From contig NC_088859.1 in NCBI RefSeq assembly GCF_963853765.1, forward strand, positions 43,834,001-43,898,000: a stretch of DNA of 64,000 bases, in the 5' to 3' direction. The translations under genes were made by a program, and so were the position numbers. Under the pieces are notes generated by a model that was not told the origin of the DNA, searched no databases, and saw nothing but the letters and a program-made list of their open reading frames with translations. This document shows positions 1-11,800 of the stretch, piece after piece; positions within the stretch are counted from its first letter, which is position 1, and the number at the start of each line of letters is the position of its first letter. The DNA comes from Magallana gigas. Lineage: Eukaryota.

Positions 1-605
1 GACTATCATGTGACCCCTTGACGGATGTGATGGTGCCTGGCACAGTTATATATAGTGAGAAAATATTCATAAATGCTAAATAGTGGCAGTTTTCATAAGC
101 TGAGAGTTCAGCTTACATTTATCTAGAACAAGCCACTTCAATACATTCAGCAGAAGTAGCTATCACTTCTCAAGGGAGACAAACCAACCTACTCCATTCA
201 AAAAAATGTGATGAGGGCAGAAAATACATCACCCAATACCAACATTGAATAATTTGAAGATCTCTCAAGTCTTTATTCTTGGTAAATTGGGCAGTACATA
301 CTAAGTTTGCATTTTTGAATTAATATGAAGTATCTTGAAAAGTATGCATCATTTAATTAATTAAATCCCATTTATTGTGAATTTATTTACTAGACTTTTA
401 CTTGCACCTAAAATCAATTTTATTATTATCATTTTTTGTAAAGTTTATTTTTACTTTCTATAAAAATGGTAGAGGTAATCTTCTAATCAGGCATCTTTAA
501 AGCTCTCAGTTTACCAGTATTATAATGGCATTCTTACCTTTGAATTAAATGTAAGAAATATCTCTGTTGTCTTAGAACTGCATAAATGTGCTGCTCTCAT
601 TGTAG

Positions 606-1270
606 ACTGGAGGCAGATGTTCCAGACCATGTGCAAGGGGTGCGACTTCCCCATCGAGCCCGGGGACCACTGGGTGGAGGCCATGGGCAACAACTTCCAC
701 TCAGAATGTTTCAACTGCTCGGTGAGTGAATCAAAGGCCAAACTTTGGTGTGCATGGGCTCGTTTCCTCTCATTTTGACACCCATAAAGCATTTTACTTG
801 TCATTGGAATACATGGAGTAGATTTCTTTTTCCAATTCAAATTTTATGAGTAAAGTAGGAAAAAAGGAAAATGGAGGGTACCATTATAAGTAAATAACCA
901 GCAATGTTAACCAATTGAGGAATGAATTTGAAAGGTACCAAATTTTAATATGAGTGCCGGTATAAACCCAATTGGGACAGTTGATGCTTTACAACTGCTC
1001 ATACAGATTGAATTTATTTGGATATTTGATTTTATAATATGTACGATGTACAAGGGGGAGACAATCTTGATTTTACAAAGAGTTTCTCTTTTTAGTGTGT
1101 ATATACTGGTTGACTCATATTGTGAGCTCCTGTTATTTAAATACAATGTATTCTAATAAATTTTCTCTTTTCATTTCTTTTTTTTTTCATAGACCTGTGG
1201 TGTTAATCTAGAAGGTCAACCATTCTTTGCTAAAGGCGGCAAACCCTACTGCAAGAAACACACCCGATAA
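606..1270 (+). CDS. Zasp52: PDZ-LIM (Zasp/PDLIM5-7/LDB3 family) protein, last two coding exons (final LIM domain); gene begins left of the window
   Basis: Exons 606-721 and 1193-1270 (AG/GT flanked) give DWRQMFQTMCKGCDFPIEPGDHWVEAMGNNFHSECFNCS|TCGVNLEGQPFFAKGGKPYCKKHTR*. This is a complete C-x2-C...H-x2-C-x2-C-x2-C...C-x2-H LIM domain closely matching the Zasp/Enigma C-terminus. Confidence 0.85.
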
Positions 1271-2689
1271 AGTTCTCCGTCAAAATCTTAGATCCTCCCA
1301 TCCACAGTCACTGGACCTTAACCACCTCCTTCCGTGCCTGGAGTTCAGCAGAAATGTGATATGTCAAATTTTGGAAAACAGTAATAAATTTTCATTTTAG
1401 TGCCAAATCTTTCTTGATGATAATGGATATGTCTGTCACAGTTAGAGGTCAAGAATGAACTTCAATCACATGTTTAAGAATATTTGTGTTTTGACAGAGG
1501 TGCTTTTGTATTAAGCTGTAGAAATAAGCATGTCGTAAACATATCATATGAAAATGAGGGTCAGAATAGCCAGTTGTCTAGCTAGTCGTGATATTATACA
1601 TGTATTGTTTTACATGCCGTGTCTGGGTGACTCCTTAGATGGTACTATTTATAGTCTTAATGGGTCACAGGGTGCAACCATTTTTGGCAAAAGAATCTCA
1701 TGTGTGCAAGTATTAACTTAAAATCATGTAAACACTTTTAATCTTCATACAAATACTTATACATGTAAAGATAACTGCTCTAAAATGTTGAAGCTTGTAA
1801 ATCTACTTTTTCATGCATTTGATTAACTGGATGTGCATTATATACTGCGCATTTCTAGGAGGAATTCACAATAGCTAATTTGATGTAACAGCTTTACAGC
1901 CAAAATAACTTTGCACAGATGTTACTCATTGTTTTGATTATGCAATTTGTACATGCTAGTCTCAGGCATTTTCTCTAATTCTTGTACCTATATCTTCATG
2001 CTTATCATTAGACTCTTTGTGGAAGTTAGTGGATTTGTTTGTTAACTTGCTTGTAGGATGTCCACTGTTTAATTTCCTGTCACAACATTGGTATGTTTTA
2101 TTTGTTTATGGATGATAATGTAAATATTGAAATATTGATAAGTGAACAACACCAAGATCAATGATATGCTTTAAGCCAGTTCATTAATGAAGTAGGATTG
2201 TTTTATCAATGGATTAATAAAATATTTATCCCAAAATGAGATAAGAAATGTGTTATTGTTTTTTAAAGGTACTGCTTAGGAATATGGAGGATTGGTTAAG
2301 TACTCCCCCTATAAATTTATATCTTTGTTTACCTGATAATACTGTAGAATAGTAAACTTGTTTACCATTTTACCTACAGGGTTAAACAAAGGGTGAAATC
2401 TAAGGTGGACCAACTGTGCTGTGTTCTGAATGGGGAGATGTGTCTGATGTCTGTTCAATATTCAAACATCCTATATATCTGATAGTGTTTTATATACTTA
2501 TTCAATTTTGACCATGGTGGTAGTCCACCCTACATTGTTTATCAACCCTGGTAGGTCAGTCATAGGATGCACAGTAGTAAATGACTACTGGTACCTAAAT
2601 TTCACAAGCTTTAAGATCTGCTTAGCACATTTGTTTAAAGGTATATAACGTTGTTGAAATTAATTTTTCACGCTCCCTTTCAGAGGTTG

Positions 2690-2975
2690 CATATACTGAA
2701 ATGGGTATACAGATTTATCAGAATATCTATGTCAATTAGGTTTGGTTTTGTGTACCATAGTGCATTTTTTTAAAAATTTTCTTTGCATGGGTTGCACATC
2801 TGAAATGAAATTCGGTATGCAGGTTTATCATAGAATATTTTTGTGAAGTTCAGTTTTAGGTATGATCGAGCAATTTTTGACAGTGCTGTGCTCCTTGGCC
2901 TTATAAAAATTCCAATTATTTGCAGTTTTCATTTATTTCTTTGCAGCGGTTGCACATACTGAAATGAAATTGTTA
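2690..2975 (+). repeat. Fragment of the ~160-bp HINE internal repeat, reverse complement of the array at 52350-52885
   Basis: Repeated GGTTGCACATACTGAAATGAAATT and TTCCAATTATTTGCAGTTT motifs match the reverse complement of the units at 52350-52885. Confidence 0.55.
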
Positions 2976-4189
2976 TCCTAGAAATAAAAAAACCTTCCAT
3001 TGGTACGCATAGGATTTGATCAGAGACTCACAATTTCTTTGAAAACAAGTGTGATTAAAAAACAAGTGTATTGATTGGTGGTACCATTTTGCAGGAACAA
3101 AATTTTCAATCAAAAGATGCCATAGTAGTGAAGATTGGGGGGGGGGGGTGTTATACTGGTGAAAGATTTAATTCCAAATTTAAAAAAAAATTAAAATAAT
3201 GCATTAAAATAGTACCGGTAGTTTCAAGAATTCTAAGTTATGTTTAATGATAAAAAGCAGTGCAATCACAACCATATATTGGTATGGTATATTTGATATA
3301 GCATAATGCTATAAATATAAACATGCAGACAGTTATACGAGTGCAACCCGTCTGTCAACAGTTTACATATCTATCATGTACATCCAACTGGAATGCTTGT
3401 TTCCTATTCAGAGAGATTCAATAAGCATGTTTTAAGTTTAAACACAATCAGATTGAGAATTCTATTTATCGTATATCTGAATTCATGACTAAACATCTAA
3501 TATATTGAGGCATATATGTATATTTCTTAAATGTAAAATGCATGTACATGAATCATATTCCAATCTGGTTGATTTTCATTTTTTTTTTAAAATAAGAATT
3601 GTAAAGTAGCACAGCAAAACAACTTTCATGAGTATAAAGCAAGCCCTATAATTCTTAATGTATGTACAATCCTGACAGTTCATTTTTAAAAGCTATTATG
3701 ATAATTTTCTCCAAAAGGCTGTAGCCAGTTATACTGTAACACTATATATGCTGGTCAGGTACATGAATAATCTTGGTGACAGTAATGGCCTGCAAATTTG
3801 CCATGCATGTTTAAGCTTATTTGTATTACATAATAGATATTACAAGTAATTTTTGTGAAATAACAAATTTTCAAATCTCCTAAATACTGTGTCTTTGTAT
3901 CTGCATGATGTTTAATCTTACAGCAGTTTATGGGAATAGTAAACATACTGCAGATGTTTGAGCTTGTTTTTACTCTTCAATTGTTTACATATCCGGTATC
4001 CTTATGTCACTCTTGCAAGTAACTGAAATAAATTAGATTTTCAATTAAAACTTATGACCAATTACTAAAATTAGTTATGATAATTTTGCAGATCATATAG
4101 ATCTATTCTGTGTAGAATGTATACATATAATAGACCATATAAATAATGCACCTTGTGTATTATTTGTTATTTATATACACATGTAATTA

Positions 4190-4915
4190 TACAAATACAA
4201 ATATTTTATTGGCACAAACACAATTACAATAATTGGCAAAGGCCCAATGGATATATAGGAACATCATTGTATGTTTACAATAATTGCATGTACAGTATAT
4301 ATATTTTTACTGATCTATATAGATCAGTTTAACATTTCCTTAGACTAATTGACATCTGTGTTCAAAGCAGTCATTAATGAATTTAACAGTAATTTTTAAA
4401 ATAGTATGTTTTTCACTATTTAAACATACATGTAAAATGTATCTTTCTTTGTCCAAGTTATTGGCAATATTCATTTCACTTATCTTATAAAAATTACTAA
4501 AATAGCTGTTCCTTAGATGAGAATAGGCTTTACATTGAAAAAGAAAATGAGTTTTATCTTCAATTGCACCAGTTTTACAAGCATTACAATATCTTTCATT
4601 CCTAAATGTGACATTATATCTACCACTTTCTATTGCAAGTTTATGTGCACTTAATCTTATTCTACTAATAGAGGATCTCTCAGATCTTTTCCTGAGTATA
4701 TCAGCATAAGGACGTTCTTTTTCTCATATATAATTTTTGAAAAAATGAAAGTTTTTCTGAACTAAAAATTTTTGATGATTGCTCTTGGATACATTGGTCA
4801 ATGATTCTTTGCTTTATGTTTGGTAAAAAGTGTTGAATTGTGCTTTTATAATTACTAATGTTTGAGAATCCCAAATTATCTAGGATGCCATAAATTTTCT
4901 TATATGTCATAGAGA
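4190..4915 (-). mobile_element. 5'-truncated, frameshifted non-LTR retrotransposon (LINE) 3' end, L2/CR1-group or RTE-X-like
   Basis: Minus strand encodes IKQRIIDQCIQEQSSKIFSSEKL, then after a frameshift RLSAHKLAIESGRYNVTFRNERYCNACKTGAIEDKTHFLFQCKAYSHLR, the typical C-terminal Cys/His motif of LINE ORF2. This is followed by AATAAA (4205-4210) and a short (TTTGTA)n tail. Confidence 0.75.
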
Positions 4916-5420
4916 GCAGAACGGATAAGATGCCACTGCATGTGGTTGAATGTTTTATTACATACTAATTAATTAAGATGGGTTTGTATATGATTTGAGA
5001 TGTAGGAGCATCTTCAGATATTTTTTTCATTGATTGCATGTTCATAGTTCAAATACATAAAAAAAACATGTTTACTGAATTGAAAATGCACACAAATATT
5101 AAATTTAATCACATTTTTTAACCATATAAATTTACACACACAAAAACGGCTTCCTCAGGAACACTGAATTTCATTTTTAGAATGTTAAACCAACGCTTTG
5201 TATTAAAAACAAATTTACTAATGAATAGAATTTGGGTCATGGTTTTTCAAAAAAAAAAAAAGAAGGGTTGTTTGCAAAACCAGCTGAATCTAGATACAAG
5301 TAGCTTCGTTTGGACAAGAATCTATGGTTTTCTTCTTTGTGAAAATGTTCAAGGTATAATCTTATATTCTTATCTGTGTTTTATATAAACACAAAACTTA
5401 TTGACATCTTGTAACCACGA

Positions 5421-5467
5421 GTTACGTAATTACATCTAATACTAACCCAACACGTGATAATGTTTAC
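5421..5467 (+). promoter_or_regulatory. Motif cluster upstream of ABAT: D-box, E-box, forkhead site
   Basis: GTTACGTAAT (5421-5430), CACGTG (5451-5456) and TGTTTAC (5461-5467), about 420-460 bp upstream of the ABAT ATG. Motif match only. Confidence 0.3.
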
Positions 5468-5879
5468 AAACAAAATTTTACTTTCTGTGCGTCTGCGCAC
5501 TTGCATGATAACATGTAAAAATAATACCCAAGTGATTTAGCACCTGGGTAGAGCCAAGAGAAATACGTTTTTTATGGTGTTTTCATTATTAAAACTGATT
5601 TAACATATGTTAAATATATAAGATTTAAGCAAATAAAGGATTTTATATATTCGATTTACTATGCAAAGGCCAAATTATTGTTTATGATCGCAGCGTTATC
5701 TTTTCACTGCGAAGAACGAATTGATTGGGAACCGGAGGTGTGTCCTTCATTTACACCAGATTTATCCAGTTTTTTGAATTACGAAGTATACACTAGAAGG
5801 CCTTTAACAACAAAGTTCATTGAACGTCAGAACGCAGAGTTGAGAAGACAACAGCAGCAGCAAGCGGGCATATTGTTTA

Positions 5880-8800
5880 ATGGCTGTTTTTCTACGCCAG
5901 AGTGTTCGTTTGGGAAACCAAGTCAAAAGTAGTAAGTTACTCTCCTTTCCGACTATCTCACTTCGCAATGACGCCAAAATGGTCTACTTAAGTACTTTGA
6001 CTGCACGACGTCAGCCAGTATAGTTGTCTACGGTCCTTAGAACGAAGGTAATCAGACCTTACTATGAATCATGAGCTTCAAACCTATATTTATTGAAATT
6101 CTGTGTATCAACTGAAGTCTCATGTAAGATCACTATAGATGTACAAGGACTTTAAAACTTTGTATATTTTTTTTTGCGGTTTACTGCACAAAAATAAAAG
6201 TCGTGCATTTTTTCGTTCCAGCGCTTATATATGATTTAAACTGTAAATAAAATTTGCAAAATAAAAACGTGTGAGCTCTTAATTCAATGTGGCCAGAAAT
6301 TAGTCCTGACTTTCACTTTCATTTGGAACCAGTAGCATTGGTTACAGTGATTGATTATGAATGATCGGCAAATTTTGATGAACTTAAGACAGGTTACAAT
6401 GGTTACTTGTAGCACTGGTTACAAATTAGTTTCGGTTTAGGTTTGAGGTTATGGTTAGGTTAGGAACGGATTAGGGGTAGTTTAGGGTTATGACAGGTTA
6501 CAGTGGTTACTGGTAACATTGGTTACAAAGTAATTAATTAAATTACGGTAGGTTAGGGTAAGGTTTGGGGTTAGGGTTAATGTAAGAGGTTAAGGTAGTA
6601 TTAGGGTTAGGATTAGGGTTTAGGGCTAGGGTAGCCATTATAACTAATGTTACTGATGTAACCAAATAAAATAAGCCCCCCCCCCCTTGTAAATCGTGAA
6701 AATGACTGTCACCACTGCTACCCTTTGTCACCTAGAGGATATAGCTATAACCATTGTAACCAAAGAAAATAAGATCCCTTGCTTAACAGAAAAAGGCTTG
6801 TCATCTGCTGCTAAACAGGAAAAGGGTTGTCACCAATGTTACCTTTTGTCACCAAGAGAGTATAGCCATAATTGTAACCAAATTCAATAAAACAACCTGC
6901 TAAAAAAGGTCTGTCACACCTGTTACCCTTTGTCATCAAGAAAATATAGCTGTAACAGGCATTACTGGATAATATAAACCATCTATCGGAGAGATACCGG
7001 AAAGCAATTTTGTCATATATGTTACTTTTGTCTCCAGAAAACAATGCCTTGTTACTGGTGTCATGATATCTACTAATTCCTGTTCTATGATGAGGGGAGT
7101 CGAATGAAAAATGCACGACATTTATTTTTGTGCAGTTAAAGTTCAAGTAAGAAATGACTTCTATCATGATATTATGCCTGCCTTCAAAGAGAGAAGAATT
7201 GATAAATTTTTCAAAATAATTAATCGCCTTTTAAAAGATAAGATCACATGTGTAAACAGAAATTTTCTATCAAATATTGATGTAGGGACCTCTTTGGCAA
7301 ACATAGGAGATGAAATAAAATTTTAAAAAAGTTACATTCATTTATCTCATAATTTCTTAATTATTTGGAATTATATAAAAATCTAACCTTAACAGCTTAT
7401 CTTTTATATTTACAATCCAAGTATAATTGTTTACCAATGGATTATGAGACTGTTTGGGTACAACTTCACTTGACTATGATTCGTAAACATCTTTTTAATC
7501 TATACAAATCTACCGGTATATATAAAATTGCTGGCAAGACACATTTATCTGACCAAACTTTGAGTGCTGATTGCATCATATATATCTGGTCAATTTCATT
7601 TTGATTTGGCCAAATTTTATTTTGCTTTGAAGTGCGGAAAATGACAATTTCCCCTATATTCCTTTTTTTAATATACCTGTATTTTGAGATGGGGCCCTAA
7701 AAAGAACCAGATTGTAGATTTTATTGAAACTTTGCAAATATACTAGAGATGATGTAAAATACATATGGTTAAAAAGAATTTTTGCTATTGCATTTATGCA
7801 AAATAAAAAAAATTGGCTCCCTTAAACATGGCATTGTTATCTCACCAAGATGAAGATGGGGGAGCTAAATCTGCTTACTGTATCCCATACTGTGGGCATT
7901 GGTGTTGGCAACCGGAACTTCACCAAACTTGCATGGATGGTGCATTTGGACATACTTAATTACTATATTATACCCCCGCAAACAAAGTTTGGGGGGGTAT
8001 ATAGGAATCACCTTGTCCGTCCGTCCATCTGTCCGTCTGTCTGTTCAATTCGTGTCCGGTCCATATCTTTCTTATGGAGAAACATGGGAAGTTCTTACTT
8101 CACACAAAGATTGTTTATGACCTAAGGGTGTGTCATTACCTTGACCCAAGGTCATTTGGGCAAGGTCAAGGTCACTGGCAGAAAAAGTGCAAAATTCGTG
8201 TCCGGTCCATATCTTTTTAATGGAGAAACATTGGAAGTTCTTACTTCACACAAAGATTCCTTATGACCTAAGAGTGTGTCATGACCTTGACCCAAGGTCA
8301 ATTGAGGAAGTTCAAGGTCATTGTTTAAAAAAAATCGGGCTCAGTATACCAATAATTCAAAATGTTTATATATTAAATGGCTGCTTGACATGTGGAATTT
8401 TGTTTGATTCGAGTCATGTTTGTTAACATAAGGATGCAAATGTCCTCATGCACTAACAGATAACTTGAACTAAAATGGAATTTAAAGAATAGAAATTACT
8501 TATTTATAAAAAATGGACGGTGATATAGATTCATCCAATATTTTCTATAATAGAAAAAATACATGAGTTATGATTTTTTCTTAGCGGGGGGTATCAATTG
8601 TGAGCTTGCTCACAGTACCTCTAGTTTAAGATTTAATGCTGAATCTGGACCATGAATTCAGATGCTACTTTTTGGAGCAGGTTAAAGTTTTTAGAACAGG
8701 TGCTCTTTGATAGCCACAACTAATTTTGATGGAGCATGTACTTGAGCATCAGTGGAAGATACACTCTTGATTTCTCTAAACATAACAGGTTAAAATTAAA

Positions 8801-11800
8801 GGTGTTGTATCAAGTTTGACCTGTTCTTTGAAAGCTGACAGTGATGAAAATGTTGGAAAATTGTGCAAGGTATTATGAGTGACTTTAATGTAAACTGTAC
8901 TAAACTTTACCCATTATAAATCTAAAGATATCTGATTTTGTTTCTGTGAATTTTTCTGAGTGAAAAATGATCATTTGCAATGAAGATATCTTGGATTATT
9001 TGCCTTTCATTGATTCATTAATTTCATTAATTCTTTCACAGGTATATTTATTAATTTTTTTCCAAATGTGCTGGATAAATATCTTGGGACAGACTATAGT
9101 GTGTTGGATGGTATATGAGACATTCAGTTTCAGTGCAGTCAAACTACAGATAAGATGCACTCATGCATGCTCAAGAAATTAGACTTTAAATAACTGTTGA
9201 TTATCTCTACTAGCTGTAATGTTTTAATTAGGTAAACAGAATTTTGTTGTACATGTAATTAAGTCATAGACTGACAGTAATATATTGCAACATTAAAGAG
9301 CTAGACCTACGATATAAAGACTTATAGGACATAGTACATTGTTGTTTGATAACGGATCCTTAAGTCATTGAGCAGGTAATGACCTCCCATGACCCTCCTC
9401 CACTGTTATTTAAATCCTTCACCGAGTTCATGGTACGCATACACCTAGTTGTTGGACCTAACTATGTAATGATACTACAGATGTAAGAAAGATATTGTTA
9501 TTATGTATGTCCCTTAGTTGTTTGACTTACGCATACACCTAGTTGTTGGACCTGACTATGTAATGTTACTATACAGATGTAAGAATTAACGGTATTGTTA
9601 TTATGTACGTCCCTTAGGTGTTTGACTTGACTATGTAAGAACGGTATTGTTAAGTCCCTTAGGTGTTTGACTTGACTATGTAATGGTTCCACAGATATAT
9701 TAAAGAATGGTATACTTTTGTGTGCTTCAGGCCTACGGTTGTGTTGTGCCTCCCAGCATACAGTAGCAGAGCTTTCGCAGCATGTGACAGCAGGATGTCC
9801 AGAGCCCCAGGGTCCAATCCTGAGGACCACCCTCCCTGGCCCCGAGTCCCAGAGGCTGATGAAAGAACTGGACCAAATACAGGTTATTAGAAAAAACATT
9901 CACAGTAACACCCCCCCCCCTCCCCCTTCCGCTTGACAGCATCAGGACATCTAGCTATAATAGACATCAACAATGCAATGATGTAATCTGGTAAGCTTTT
10001 CCTCATCACAAACAGTTCCCACATTTTTGTTTTGCATACAGTGTGATATAAATAGATTTATTTTGGTTATAAATCTATTCATGTTCTATGCAGTTCTGTC
10101 AGTAACTAGATAGCAGGATGTACCTGGTACATTAATTTATTGTAATCACTAGGGAATTAATTAGTTTGAAATATTTGCTGTCTTCCTGGCTTTTTAATGA
10201 TTTGGATATTTTACTTGCCAGGAAAATGCCAATTTCCTAGCTTTTTAACAATTTTGATATTTGACCTGCCAGCTTTCCTGGCAAATAAATTATCAAAATT
10301 ATTAAAAGGCCAGGAAGACGTCGGACATTTCGAACAGAGTGACTAAGGATGTGTGATATTGATTTAATGACAGATGCGTTTTAATATATGCACTTGTTTA
10401 AAGGACAGAGATGTACATGGCATTTACTCATATATAAATCATTATAGTAGTACATACTATGTTCTCTTGCATTAGTGACTACATGTATTATTAATAGTTT
10501 AATTAGGGCATAGCTTTGCGGTTGCCCTATAGTGATCAATCTGTCCATCCATCCGTCTTTCTGTCCTTCCCTCTGTCCACCCAAGATCGCTTGTCTGGAT
10601 CATATCTTCTCTCCCCATGGCCCAATCTGGGTCATACTTCACCTGCAGAGTGGCTTTGGGTGAAAGGTGTCCAGTGACTGTGAACTATGTTTCTAGTCTA
10701 AGGTTAAGGTCATAGCAGAATTATCGATAAAATCTTTGTCCGGGGTGTATCTTCTTTCCCCTTGGTCCAATTTGGCTAATACTTCACTCACAGAATGTAT
10801 ATGGTCAAAGGGGTTTCAGATCATATATACTGTCCGCTAAGCCCTAATTTGGCTCATAGTTAATATCAAGAGAGCTTTTGAGCAAAACATGTACGCGGGT
10901 ACGCTGTGTTATAACTACATGTCCACATACTGGTACACATATTAATCAGTTAAGATTTCATAACTTGTAGGATGTGAACATGTACATAAATTTCAAGGCA
11001 GTTTTGTGACATTAATTCACTTAATTAACTCAAAATAAATGGTAAAATTCTTATCAATTTACATGCAAATGAAGCTTAAAATTCTATATAATGTATCACA
11101 AAAATATATTCACTCATCAATTAGATTATTTTTGTGTAAAAGCTACAAGTTTGTTCTTAGACAACCCTCTACAAGTTTAGAGAACGTGTAGATACCTTGT
11201 CGTCACAAAAACTTATGATGTAATATGCGAAGAATTTAGCTAGGTGATTCACCTAGTTCACGTACACGTTTAAAATATCAACCTCTCTAATATGAAGGAT
11301 GCATTCATGTACATTTTTCATTTTATATAAATACCTAATTTAAAAAGGGAAACTAAATTTTTAAGTTCTTTTTGTGAACAGGCCCCTCTATCACTAAAAT
11401 TTTTAAATTACTGAACTTTCTCAAATCTTTTTTAGGAACATTACATACCGGTAAATGTTTAGGTATAAGTACTTGGATTTGAGACTGAAAATTAATGTAA
11501 GGTGGAATAAGACATCGTCATAAAATGGCTGACCTCTGATCGAAATGACATTTTGTTTTATTAAAACAATTTTATCGACGGCAACATATAACTAATTACC
11601 TCATAGCCGAGTGGATAAAGTGTCGGGCTTGTGATCCGTACATACCGAGTTCGAATCCCGCAGGGGCTTTTGTTGTTACTTACTGAATTGATTTTTTAGA
11701 TATTCATTTTTATCCCCAATTTGCAAATTTTTCGCTTATTTGACATATGTATACTCACAATAGACAATAGTTTATTTATCATTATATCTTTCATAATCAA

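Noticed and set aside
5678-5932. 84-aa ORF with a QQQQQ run
   Set aside because: Starts at TTG, overlaps ABAT exon 1 in another frame and ends at the donor; no recognisable domain.
11597-11667. Functional tRNA-Thr gene
   Set aside because: Acceptor stem pairs at only 4 of 7 positions, T stem has two mismatches, and it lies within a MITE.
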